Part shown: piece after piece, positions 49,459-61,300 of the stretch | Layout of the letters: each line of letters opens with the position of its first letter | Numbering within the stretch: the first letter of the stretch is position 1 | Source: Rhynchopus sp. YZ270_cl-10 | Taxonomy: Eukaryota | Reading direction: 5' to 3' | NCBI GenBank assembly: GCA_964035575.1 | Contig: OZ037841.1 | Location: forward strand, 1,240,001 to 1,304,000 | Length of the DNA: 64,000 nucleotides | Program-made: the position numbers and the translations under genes | The notes under the pieces: generated by a model | Databases searched by the model: none | What the model was told of the DNA's origin: nothing | Seen by the model: the letters and a program-made list of their open reading frames with translations, nothing else

Positions 49459-50483
49459 ATGCTGTCCGAAATAGAATTACCGACACGGGATAGGAGTGAG
49501 TTGTTTTTCATGCATAGAGAAAACGCGCGGGAACGGAGGGGTGTGTTGCCTGTGTTTGAAGAATCGCCTCCGCCTCTTGGGTGGGTGCAGGCAGTGGCGA
49601 AGGTGGAGCATGCAGAAGGGACGATCACAAAGCTGTTGCAACAGTTGCAGGAGTTGCAGGCAGTGCACATTGTGGAGGATGCGACGCTGGACGGCAAGCA
49701 AGAAGGCTTGGAGCAGCAAATTGTCGACCTCTCCCGCCAGATCATGTCCCTCTTCAAAACCCTCGACACTGCCATCAAACGCGTCGTCCAGGATGCAGAC
49801 GACCAGGAAATGCTTCTCAATGTGCACCGTGGGTTGGTAACCAGAGTAGCCGCGCTGCACGAACAATACCGGGTCTGTCAACAAAAGTACTCCGATGATT
49901 TAAAGCAAAAACAAGAAATGAAAAATCGGCTAAACACGATGCTTTCATCCTCGGAGACACAGAAGTGGGAGGAGGACGAGGCAAAGGAGTGTCGCATCGA
50001 CGACCTCAAGCTGCAAGGCTACGCTCCAGAGCACATCGAATCCATCCTTCTCGACGAAGAGGTCGCCAAAGAAAAGGCAGAAGCCCTAACGGACATAAGC
50101 TCGGCACTCAAAGAACTGCACTCGATGTTCTCAGACCTGCATGCACTCATCATTGAGCAAGGTACCATGATTGACAGGGTCGACCAGAACATCTCTCAAG
50201 CGCGTTCCAATATGCAGTACGGAGCGGAGCAGATACGGGATGCCAGGAAGGTATGACAAGTCAATGCTATATACCCCCAGAGGCGGCTTACTCTCTTTTG
50301 ATTCCTCTCTCTCTTTAGCTGCCGGAGAGAGGATTTCATGTATTTCTTTATGGCGACGAAGCAAACCTAGAGGCTTAGGTTCGTCTTGTAAACTTTTCCT
50401 TTTTTTATAAAACGATCAAGTACCATGGGACTAATTCCAATGTTTCTCTTTCTTTACAGACAAAACGATGCCTCGTGCAGTAA
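49459..50483 (+). CDS. Syntaxin-16-like Qa-SNARE; 2 exons (49459-50250, 50460-50483), ending in a CaaX motif
   Basis: N-peptide TRDRSELF, PPLGW, SNARE motif LIIEQGTMIDRVDQNI. AAG|GTATG donor, CTAAT branch-like site and TTTACAG acceptor give ...ARKTKRCLVQ*. Confidence 0.85.
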
Positions 50484-51356
50484 TGGTTGACGACGCTCGT
50501 TGGTTCGCATTTGGGTTGGAGTAGGCGGGGGGGTGAGGGGGTAGTGACTTAGTGGGGGTGGGGGGGAGGAGAAAGACGACTTGCTTCTAGCCCGAACCTT
50601 GTAGCTTTTTGTTTTATTTCTGGAGTGTCCTTTTTTGATTTTATTGGTGTGTGCACGAGAGACATCCATGTCTTTCCCCCTTTTGTCTCTATTATTGTCC
50701 AAAGGGGAAAGCGATGGTGGGTTTGTTCTTAGGTTTTGTTGTCAGCCCATTAGTTCTCTCTCTTTTTTCTTTCCCTCTGTTGCGCAGACAGTTATGTTCC
50801 TCCCGTCTCGTGTGAAAACGGGCTGCAGTTTCAGGAACACAGAACTTTGTTGCAGCTCTCCTTATTCTGTGCATCATGCAGCACACCTGACATCCACATG
50901 TGGTCAATGAAGTGTCCCTCTGTGGGTGTACGGTACAGCCAAGGCGGAGAACCAGTACTCTGCGTGTCTACCTGCATCTAGAGGGTGTTTGCACTTACAA
51001 CAAATGAACACATGCTCCTTTTTCTTCACCCTATGACGGAATTTGGGGGAGAAAGCTGAACGAAAAGAAATGCAAGGAGTTACCTTGCAATGTGCACACC
51101 ACACTTTCAGAACACAAAAAAAAAAGACCACAAAAGACATGCACATTACTTCAAAATATGAAGCTACCCAAAAATTCTCCTATCTTTTTTACTCTATGTT
51201 TTCACTCCCTACAGCTGGCACAACACCCCCTATCAGATAGCACACACTTGCTACCCCACACACCCCCCCTCCTCCCCGCTCATACGTACGCTCAGTTCAA
51301 TCTTTTTGGATATAAAGAGCCTTTCTTCCCCACCCTTTTTTGCCTCTCTCTTCTAA

Positions 51357-53180
51357 ATGAACCCTTCCGCTAACGCATTTGTCCCTGGAATGGTAGGGAT
51401 GGCTACTGGATTGCAAGGGGTTGTGCCGAATGCATTGCCAGCAGGCATGCAGACTGGTCTCCCTGATGCGCTTGGCGCACCTCTTCCCGCTAACACCACC
51501 TTTGATGCAGTTGCCGCCCTGCAACAGCTGCAGCAGTTTCAACAACTCCAAGCACAGCAAGCTCAGTTGCTGCAAGCTGCTGCCGCTGTCTCCCCAGAAG
51601 CGCAGATCGCGCAAATGATGCAAAGCATGACACCACAGCTCCCAGTGCAAACCCCGCAGGAGCAGCTCGAAGGACTTCTCGCTCTGAACCTTCTTGCCTC
51701 AGCGAATTTGGTGCAGAAGGTGCAGTACCAACAGGCAATATTGACACAACAACAACAGCCGCAACCGGTGATGGGCACCCCTTTGAACAGAGTGCCTGAT
51801 AAGAGGGCGCGGAGGGGGTTGGCAGTGCGGGTGGAAGGAGGGTCTGCGCCAGCATCGTCTCTGCCGTCTCCGGTGAGCAGCAGCAGTGCAGGGACGACGT
51901 CGCCCACGAATATGTCGCGCAAACCGCAGAAGGCGCTTGATGTTGTGGTGTGCACCCCATGGTACCCGGAAGGTGTCAGCAAGCACGACGTGCGTCTTGC
52001 CGAGGAGCTTCTCTGCTTCGCAGAATTCGTCCTCCTCACACCATCGGAGGTTGCCCAAAGGAGTCGTGCGATTGATGCGTTGAGGCATACAGACGTCTTC
52101 TCTGGCTGCCGTGTCACCCCGTATGGTTCGTTCATCAGCGGTACTATCACGTCGGCGTCGGCAGTCGATGTTTGTGTTGACATGTGCGGCAAAGACGCTA
52201 TCACCCAAGAATCGATTGCGACGTTCGTTGCAAAGGCAGGTCTGACGTTGAAGGGGGTAGTGAGTGTGGTGGATGATCCGGCTGGAGGGCAGAATGGGTT
52301 TGCGCAGGTTCACAGCGAGGCTGCGGCGGCGCTTCTGAACATCACGTTCTACCAGTCGCGGAGTGACGTTGCGGGGGATGCGAACACTGCAGTGCGCGAA
52401 TGGCTCCGCCGCTTCCCCAGCCTTCCCCAGGCGCACTCCGTCCTCCGCCAGGTCCTCCACCAGACAGGAAACCTCGACGTCTGCCGTGGTGGTCTCTCCT
52501 CCTACGCACTCCTCGTCATGCTCGCTGCTCTGTGCACAGAAATCTCTGCCAAGGTGCCTGCAGTCGCGCACTGCCCCAGCGCGCTTCTGCTGCAGGCATG
52601 CCGGGTGTACGGAGGAGGCTTCGCTTTTGACACAACCTCAATCTGCGCAAACCGCGGCTTTGTCACAAAGCCGCAAAGCGAAGAGAAGGTCTTTGTGTGC
52701 GATCCGTTGAACGCAGGGAACAACGTGGCGGCGAATTGTACACGACTTTTTGCGATTAAGGCGCAGCTCGCGCACTGTGCAAAGGCGCTGCAACGGTGGG
52801 AGGTGGACGTCCCTGTTGAGGAAACCCACGGTGCGAAGAAGGGGTACAAAGGGCGCACCCCTCTGTCCGGGATCATCAGTCATCAGAAGCTCTGGGGACG
52901 TGCCACTGAACGTGAAGAGGCAGCAGCTGAAGCAGCGAAGCAGTCTCCAGAGGCTGGCGAGGAGGACGAGGAAGTGACGCTCCCTGGGGACGAGAGTATC
53001 TGCGACGCAGCGACCACTGCCACCGCAACTACCTCCCCGCCAAGAAAGCGCAACAACTCTGACGGATCTTCCATCGCAGCCATCTTCGCAGTCACCTCAT
53101 ACGATTCTCTCGCTTCTCTCGACGACGACCCAGCTCTCGAAGAAGGCATTTTCAAGGACCTCGACCAACTTACAATGTGA
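51357..53180 (+). CDS. Trf4/PAPD5-like non-canonical poly(A) polymerase homologue with PAM2 motif (probably catalytically dead)
   Basis: LTPSE..R, YGSF...SAVDV, GGLSSYAL and DPLNAGNNVA motifs; N-terminal MNPSANAFVP; Q-rich region. Confidence 0.85.
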   Translation: MNPSANAFVPGMVGMATGLQGVVPNALPAGMQTGLPDALGAPLPANTTFDAVAALQQLQQFQQLQAQQAQLLQAAAAVSPEAQIAQMMQSMTPQLPVQTPQEQLEGLLALNLLASANLVQKVQYQQAILTQQQQPQPVMGTPLNRVPDKRARRGLAVRVEGGSAPASSLPSPVSSSSAGTTSPTNMSRKPQKALDVVVCTPWYPEGVSKHDVRLAEELLCFAEFVLLTPSEVAQRSRAIDALRHTDVFSGCRVTPYGSFISGTITSASAVDVCVDMCGKDAITQESIATFVAKAGLTLKGVVSVVDDPAGGQNGFAQVHSEAAAALLNITFYQSRSDVAGDANTAVREWLRRFPSLPQAHSVLRQVLHQTGNLDVCRGGLSSYALLVMLAALCTEISAKVPAVAHCPSALLLQACRVYGGGFAFDTTSICANRGFVTKPQSEEKVFVCDPLNAGNNVAANCTRLFAIKAQLAHCAKALQRWEVDVPVEETHGAKKGYKGRTPLSGIISHQKLWGRATEREEAAAEAAKQSPEAGEEDEEVTLPGDESICDAATTATATTSPPRKRNNSDGSSIAAIFAVTSYDSLASLDDDPALEEGIFKDLDQLTM

Positions 53181-55669
53181 TTTTTTTTTTCAAATAATTT
53201 GGTTTTTCAGCCCCTTCTAGGGGAAGAGAATGCAAGAATTTTAGCGTGATTTTTTTTTTTAGTGTGTTTTTTTCAAGGTGAAACAGAGATATAGGTTCAT
53301 CTTAATTTTTTTAAAAATAGTGCTTCTCTTGTGTGTGTTGTTAAGAGTCTCATTTTTTTTTTTGTTCCCTGATTCCATGATGAAAATACTTGTTCCCCCC
53401 AAAATTGCCGCCATCGCAATGAAATTCCCCTTCGTTTTCGTTTTTTTCTTTTTTCACCAAACCAATGCCCTTTGAAATACCAGAAATTAAATTTCTGCTT
53501 CAATTTTTTTTCAAATAAACCCCCCCATCCCTGACTCCCATTTGGGTTCGAAGGCCAGTGTGGAAAAAAAGGGGGGTTTTTTTTTAGTGTCCTTTTACAA
53601 TGTGATACAAGAAGTTGTGTTGCTCGAAAAAAAAAAATCTGTTATGCTCAAAGAAGACTATTTTACGACACGTTGTGATCCCTCAGCGCTAATATTTTGA
53701 AACGGGAATATTTTTTTTAAATTGTTTTGTTTTAAAGGTAAAGGCTAATACCTATCTTAACCAGCCTTTTCTCTGTTGTTATGTATTATGTTCTCTTAAT
53801 TAGAACGAGGTTCTTGTTTTTTAATCTTACTCACTCATCTTACGCTTCTTTGATTTTTCTCTTGGTTTTTTTTTTTTATAACGTTTATGAATTCTTTATT
53901 GGTATTTGTTACCCGGTTTTTCTTATTCGCTTTTCCCGTTAAGCGCGGTTTCGCTTCGTTTGTTTTGTCAAATTGTTTTTTGTTTTTTGTTTTTTGTTTT
54001 TGTCGTCCAACCCACTAATTTTAAAGCTAAACCATGGCAAGGGTATATCAATACTGCTGATTGCTTTCTGCCTTTTTGAGTATACAGATAACAGACCCGA
54101 ATCACCCATCAAAGATGGGTATTTCGGTTATTGTCGACACCACAGCGTGTGTGACGTCATGTCACACACTGAGTTTTTTTTTTAAAATATTTCACCATCA
54201 CCACCACCCCCGTCAATCCCTTTCAGCGATACGCTATGCTGTCTGCAAAAACAAAAAATGCTAATATTTTCCCTCCTCAGGTGATATTATTTGTACAGAC
54301 CCTCTCGAGAAAAAAAAATATATATCAGAAAGATGCATAACTACACCGAGAACACCATTTTCATTTTTTTTTTTCCAGAGAAATGTAAAAAAAAAAAATA
54401 CGGCGAGAAAACATTTTTTGGTTTTCTGCGTGACTTTTGTAAAAGAAATAAAGACAATTTCAGAATAGTATATCGTAAAGAAAGTACAATAACCTATAGA
54501 GGCAGGGAGGGGAGGGCCATCTGTCTGTCGGTGCGTTCCCTCCTATGTCTTGACCCCCCGACCCACCCCCCCTTTTTTTTTGCCTCAAGTGACCCATCAC
54601 AGCGAGGCTTGGGATCAAAACCCTTTTTCTTACCGAAAAAAAGTTGTTCAGTACTGCAGACACGTTCTCCCGTGTGACCTGGGCAGAGACCTTGCTGTCT
54701 TTGCTTCCTGGAAAATGGGAATTCCTTCCTTGACTGCGTCGCGAATGTCGATATGTCATTCTATTTTCAAGAAAGTGTCATGTGCGCAAGAAATTGGCTG
54801 TGGAAAAAAAAAATCCCTCTGTCGCTTGCTGCTGGCGATATTTCCCCCTTTTTTTTCCGCAGTTCATTTTCCAACCCTTGACTGATTTTTTTTTTTTTTG
54901 TTGGGAGGTGACTAAGCATAGCGTTAGATTCATCTTCCCAACCCTTTTTTTTTTCTTTCTTTTCCTCCCTTTTTTTTCTTTGAAAAATTGATAACGCGTA
55001 GTCCTGTGGTTTCCATGTTTTTTTTTTCTTCCTTTTTTTTTCGTGTTTGCACTTTCATCCTTAAAGGTAACAGCCCCTCGCCGTATCCTTGCAACATCCC
55101 AACTTCTTCGAAACGTTGCGTTCTGAAACAGAGAAGGGGAATGCTGGGAGAGGTACACAAGGGATGCATTGCCATTTGCATACGCACACACACCACTCTG
55201 ACGACTAACCGACAAAAAAAGCTTCTCAAAATGGCATATTATAGAGTGTGTGCGCAGCTTTCTTCTGTGCAATCTTTTTTTTTTTTTTTTTTTTTTTGCA
55301 CGCCAGCACACCAAGGGGTTGTAAGATGGGTCAAATATTTTTGAAAACCAGAAAACCAGAAAACCTATCTTATACCCTGAACACACAAAATTTACAAACA
55401 AAAAATTTTGGACAGTGGAGATTGCACAACTGTGGCAACACAACCGAGGCAACTACACTACTCCAACAATTTATCAAAAAAAAAAGCAAAGCTTCAGTTA
55501 TTAGTGTAGACATCCTTGAGTGTCTACAGTACTTCAAGTTTTCAAGCAAATTTAAAAAAAATCTGGACAGTGAAGGCTGCACCAACAGATTATCTAAAAG
55601 GGCGCCAAACAAAATAAAATTATATCCTACCTTTTTTGGGGTGGCGACAAGGGGGGTCGGAACTGGGCA

Positions 55670-55840
55670 GTCACGAAAAATCACGAAAAATCACAAAGAA
55701 TCATTTTTCTTTGTGATTCTTTGCGACAGGTCGTGATTTTTTGTGATTTTTTATGATCTTTTGTGATATTTTGTGATATTTTGTGATATTTTGTGATCTT
55801 TTGTGATTTTTTGTGATTTTTTGTGATTTTTTGTGATCGG
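55670..55840. repeat. Inverted array of 10-bp TTTTGTGATT/AATCACAAAA units
   Basis: Directly visible; resembles the subterminal arrays of the other non-autonomous elements. Confidence 0.8.
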
Positions 55841-58351
55841 CATATTTTGAGATGAGCTTTTTTTTTGTCCCACTCTGGGTCTGTGTATGCTGTGTATACT
55901 GTGTAGGCGGAAATTGACCAAAAACGAGAACTTGTCCATTTCTGCAAATTGACCCCACCACTGGCCGGACGGATTCCGGAAATGCAAATACCGCCGTTTA
56001 AAAGCTTCACCAACGAAAACTCAGGCCTCAGCCTAACTCCCGGGCCTCAGCCAAAACCATCGACCCATTTGAAAAAAAAAAAAAAAAAGAGAGAGAAAAG
56101 TGATTTTTACTAGTGCTTCCCGAGCTTTCTCCGCTGACAAGCTAGTCACAAGAAGAAAACTCAATCGAGCCCTAGCTCAAGTTGGGGGCCTCCGGCGGAA
56201 TGTGAGAGTTCCTCGGTGATCCAACGGCGGAGTTCGGCACTTCATTGATATTTGCACCAGGCACACATGGTGCACGAATTATCAGTAACCTCAGTTTTTT
56301 TACAAAAGAAATGGCGACATGTCACCCAAAGGTTCCAGGCGAAGCCACGGTACGCAACATTTCAAAAAATTGCGCTTAAACTTGGACATTTTTACTGCCA
56401 AACTATGTCATGGGAAGGGTGTGATGCAAGCTTGCGCCGCAGGCGCACGGTACGCTACTTTTTTCCTTTCGCCATGCTGCATGCTTCCTTTTCCTTCGAC
56501 GTTTGACCAATTGAGTCCGGCTCGATGGTATCTCAAAAAATTCCCCATCACCCCCTACCGGGTTGATGGTATCCCAAAAAAAATACCCCGGGTCAACCCG
56601 GTACCCATCGACCCATCGACCCGGGTATCCGGGTCGATGGGTTGATGGGTCGCAGGGTTTTATCTCCTTATATGTTAGTGGTCCCTAGACCGGGTAAAAT
56701 AAAAAAAAAAAATATTTACCCGGTCTGGGCAGAGCTCGCGCTAAAGTCCATCCCTCATCCCGGGATTTTTGGGGGTTTTGGTAGGAACGTTTTTTTTTTT
56801 GCAGTACGGGGATTTCATTAAGAAACCAGAAGTTCTAATATTGTTGAGTAAGACCACCACATAGTGGACTTGCATATACATGTGACCCCGCCGTGGAACG
56901 CAATTGGCTCGGAAAGTCAAAAGAAAGAGGAGAAAAAAGAAAAGGAAAAAAAAAAAAGTTGGTTACCGTGCGCCTGCGGCGCTGCCTGTTCCCTTCCAGT
57001 TTCTACAGGCAAACACTTGCCCCCTTTACCTTACACTGACGGGTATTGACCAAAACCAAGAACTTGTCCATTTCGGCAAATTGACCCCACCACAGAACGG
57101 ACGAATTCCGGAAATGCAAATGCCGGTGTTTTCGCGCATTTTCATGTTGCAAGACGTCAGGATCAGGGAGAGAAAATCTGGTTGTGGGATTTACATTGGC
57201 CCTCTTTACCCTACATGGATTTTGACCAAAACCAAAAAATTGGCCATTTCGGCAAAGTGACCCCACCACAGCGCGGACGGATTCCGGAAATTCCAATCGC
57301 GGTATGTTTTGGGGCTGAAAACCCACTGATTTTCAGGAGAAAAATTGCTTCCAAATCTCGGAATTTTCCGAATTTTCCTGAAAATGACCCTTGTTTACGA
57401 GTATGGGTTCATATTTTGCGAAAATTTAAGTCACTAAAATTTTGTCCATTTTTCCGTATATACCCCACCACAAGCCGGGATTGGCCCGGAAATGCCACAA
57501 AACGGGGTTTCCGGGCCTCCCCAGCTAACCTTTTCAAGGAACGTTTTTCCGTTCCCGAAATCCATTTTTCCCCCATTTTTTCCCATAATTAGCGCGACCA
57601 CTGGGTCTGGGGAAAAAAAAAAAAATAACCACCCGGCCAGGCCAAAAAAAAAACCAAAATGATATATCTTGGGGGTACCTCACACAAACCTCTAAGAGTG
57701 ACCAGAACTGGCCTCATGAACAAAGTGACCCCGTCACAGCCAGAACGCGACCCAATTGGTCAAACGCCGAAGGAAAAGGAAGCATGCAGCATGGCGAAAG
57801 GAAAAAAGTAGCGTACCGTGCGCCTGCGGCGCAAGATTGCAAGCCACCCATGACATAGTTTGGCTGTAAAATGTGCAATTTTAAGCACAATATTCTGAAA
57901 TGTTGCGTACCGTGGCTTCGCCAGGAACCTTTGCCATGACTGCCGTTTCTTTTTGTAGATGTCTATACGAGGAAACGTCCGCACGCTACCGACCTGACAT
58001 GATTTTTTTGCTTATTCCGCAAAGGTAGGGAACGTGAGATGATATGCAATATGCGAGTGAATGCAGCAGTTTTAACGGTTTACCGGGACATTTTCGCCGG
58101 AGGCGAATTTTTTTTTTTTTGACCACACGGTGCGGTCTGTCGTGCTTGGAGTGTGTAAATAACGGACTTACCCCCTGAGTCCGACAGTCGGACCCCCTGA
58201 GTCCGACAGACGGACTCAGGGGTCCGTCTGTCGGACTCTGGAGTCCGACAGACGGACTCTGGAGTCCGACTGTCGGACTCTGGGGTCCGACAGTCGGACC
58301 CAAAAAAAAAAAAATTTTTTTTTTTGGGCCGAAAAAAAAAATTTTTTTTTT

Positions 58352-61300
58352 CATAGGGTGAAAACGATCGTTTTTTTTTTTTTTTTTTTTTTACGAATCT
58401 GGGAAAAAGTGATCGGTCTTTTTTTTTTTTTTTTTTTTTTCACGATCGTGAAGAAACACGGGTCGGGAAAGATCTTTTTTTTTTTTTTTTTTTTCGAGAA
58501 AAAAAATCCTCTTCTCCCGAAAAAAAAAAAAAAAAAAAGATTTTTGGGAGAAAAAAAAAAAGAGAAAAGATTTGAAAATCCTGGGAAAATCCTGAAAAAA
58601 TCCTGAAAAATCCTGGAAAAATCCATGAAATTTCATGAAAAATCTCGAGATCTTGAGAAATCTTTGAAAAAAAAAAAAAAGATTTTCAAAATCTTTTTTT
58701 TTTTTTTTCCCAAAAAGATTTTTCAAAATCCCAAAAATCTTTTTTATCTTTTTTTTGAGAAAAAAAAGATTTTCAAGATCTTTTTCATCTTTTTTTCTCT
58801 TTTTTTCCTTTTTTTTTCAGGATTTTTCAAAGATCTCAAAGATCTCGAGAGATCCTGAAAAAAAAAGACAAAAATCCTGAAAATCTTGATTTTTTTTTTT
58901 TTTCTCCCGAGATTCTCGAAAAAAGACAAAAAAAGACAAAAGATCTTTCCCGACCCGTGAAGAAAAAAAAAACGATCGTTTTTTTTTTTTTTTTTTCTTC
59001 ACGATCGTGAAAAAAAAGCACCTTTTTCTTCACGATCGTGAAGGAAAAAAAAAACGATCGTTTTTTTTTCCCATATTATGTCGTTGATCGCTGGCCCACA
59101 CCAGGGAGGGAGCCCCCACAGGTGCCCACAACCCCCCTAAATCGGCCGAGAGTAACTTTTAGCGGTGTTTTGACGTGAAATGTCACCTTTTTTGCCATTT
59201 TTGGGGTGTACTTTTCTGGAACAAAATTCGCAAAACCCGAAATACGAATCGTAAAAAATCGCGACATTCTGTGACATGCGTATACCATGAAGCAGCACGT
59301 CACGGCATGGCATGTGACATGCACATGTAATATCGCCAAAAACCTAGTCGTAGTAACATCATCACTGTGCAAACCCCTGTCCATCCAATACAATTCACAC
59401 TCTTTGTGGGTGGTCTTGTTGCCTTTTTGCCACAGTAATTTTTGGCCGGCAGGCATGCTCTTGAAGCATGGCAATTTAGTGTGTATGGGGCAGGGTGTTG
59501 TTTTGTTCTGAATTCCCTTTGTTATAATATCTATCCAATCGCGAGTGGTTGTATGTGTATCGTGAGACACTCTTTTTAACCCTTTACGGACCAATAGGAC
59601 ATTTATGCCCATTGTGGCGGGGGATGCGGCGTTCAACACCAGGCCAAGTTGGCCAAAAGCCCCAACTTTTGAACTGTCCAACCTCTGTACAATTACGGTA
59701 TATTTCGTTGGCTGGTGGTCTGAAGAGTGATCTGACCATATTCTCCAGGTATAACAAATGCCCAAATAATGCATTGGCGAAGGAATTTTGCACTTTTGAC
59801 CATCACACATTACTTGTATTTTTACCGGTTTTTTAATGAGTACAACCTATGTCAGAGCACGCTGTCCCACAGATTTTAGAATTTGGGGGGGGGGGGGGGG
59901 GGGGGGGTCACGCAAGGATGATACGCCTGTATTTTTTTTGATAAATTGATGACGTGTAGACACCTCGCTTTTTTCTCGTGTGAACTCCACGCTGCCTTTC
60001 CTCGCCTATCTCTCGTTTCGTGGATACCGCTACTACGTCCTACTCCCGCCTCCACTCGTCAGGTAACGAACGGGGATCATTGGATGCCCAGGGTAATTAG
60101 TCCCGGGTGAGATAGGTTTGGTCAGGCATTATCCCTGCGTCAGAGTGTGGTCAAGGCTATAAGTGGAAAGCACAGTACCGTGTTCTCGTAAAACAGGTGG
60201 CTTTTTTGGTATTTTTTGAGCTGAGATTTTCAAAAAATACCAAAAATACCAGGGTCAACCGCTGTGATGCTCATTGTTTAGAACACAGGGCTATTTCTAA
60301 ATATGGGGTCCGGAGTCCAAAATCCAATCCGGGACACAATTTTGGCAGATTTATTTTGGGCCAAAAACGTCTTTATTTACATTGTTGGGATTCGCCCGTG
60401 CAGTGGTGGGGTCAATCTCGAAAATTGGATTTTTTGACCACTTAAATTTTGGGAAATATGAGCCCGGTCACTTATACGTGGGCCCATTTTCGGCTAAAAT
60501 TTTCCTCAAAATCCGGGTTTGTAAAATTGACCCTTCTGTGAAGGAAGGTTGTGGAAAAGGGTCCTTATTTGCATTTTTGGAAGCCGCCCGTGCAGTGGTG
60601 GGGTCAATTTGCAGAATTGGGCAAGTTCTTGCAAGACAACGGGTAATGTTTGTTAGATCTAAGGAGGGAAGGGGAGCGTTTGTAGCTCACACAGCACCCC
60701 AAACCCTGGCCTCTCTGTCCACAGCACACAGCTCTTCCCCTGAGTTCCATTTGTGCCTCAACATGCTGAGCGCATCTTCAGTACGATGGGTGGATGAGCG
60801 AGAAGAGGCGCAACTGGCTAGTTGCACCAAAGCTGCACAAGCTTGTGGTCGTAGCACGCAGTTTGCGCGAGAGCAAGCCGCCACAAGAGAATGGTTGGTG
60901 GGATGAGGAGAAGCTGGTGCAGGAGGAGAAGGAGCGTGCGGGAGCTATATTGACTGCGACGCGACAGCTGAGGACCCCAAGGTTGATGATGATGCTGAGC
61001 ATCACGACTCTGACATCAGTGAAGGCTCTTGGGACTAAACACATACAGTCTTGTCCGTACCCATTTCTCCCACACAAGTCACCACCCCCTTGTGACTTGC
61101 CTGTAACAGTGGAAACGTTTCCCTCCCAGCCGCAAACCCGTTCAGTGTATCGTGAGCCACTGCAGTGACCCACTCACGCTCGACCCTGTCCCTCCTTGTA
61201 AACAGTTCGCCTTCTCCTACGTTGTGCTGAGGAAAACCAAAAAACATGCTCAAAAATGATGTGGGCACGGGGGTCAGACTCCACTTCTGACCACCTAAAA

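Noticed and set aside
59076..59810. 244-aa minus-strand ORF
   Set aside because: No recognisable domain, non-ATG start and lies inside a composite repeat; probably spurious or decayed.
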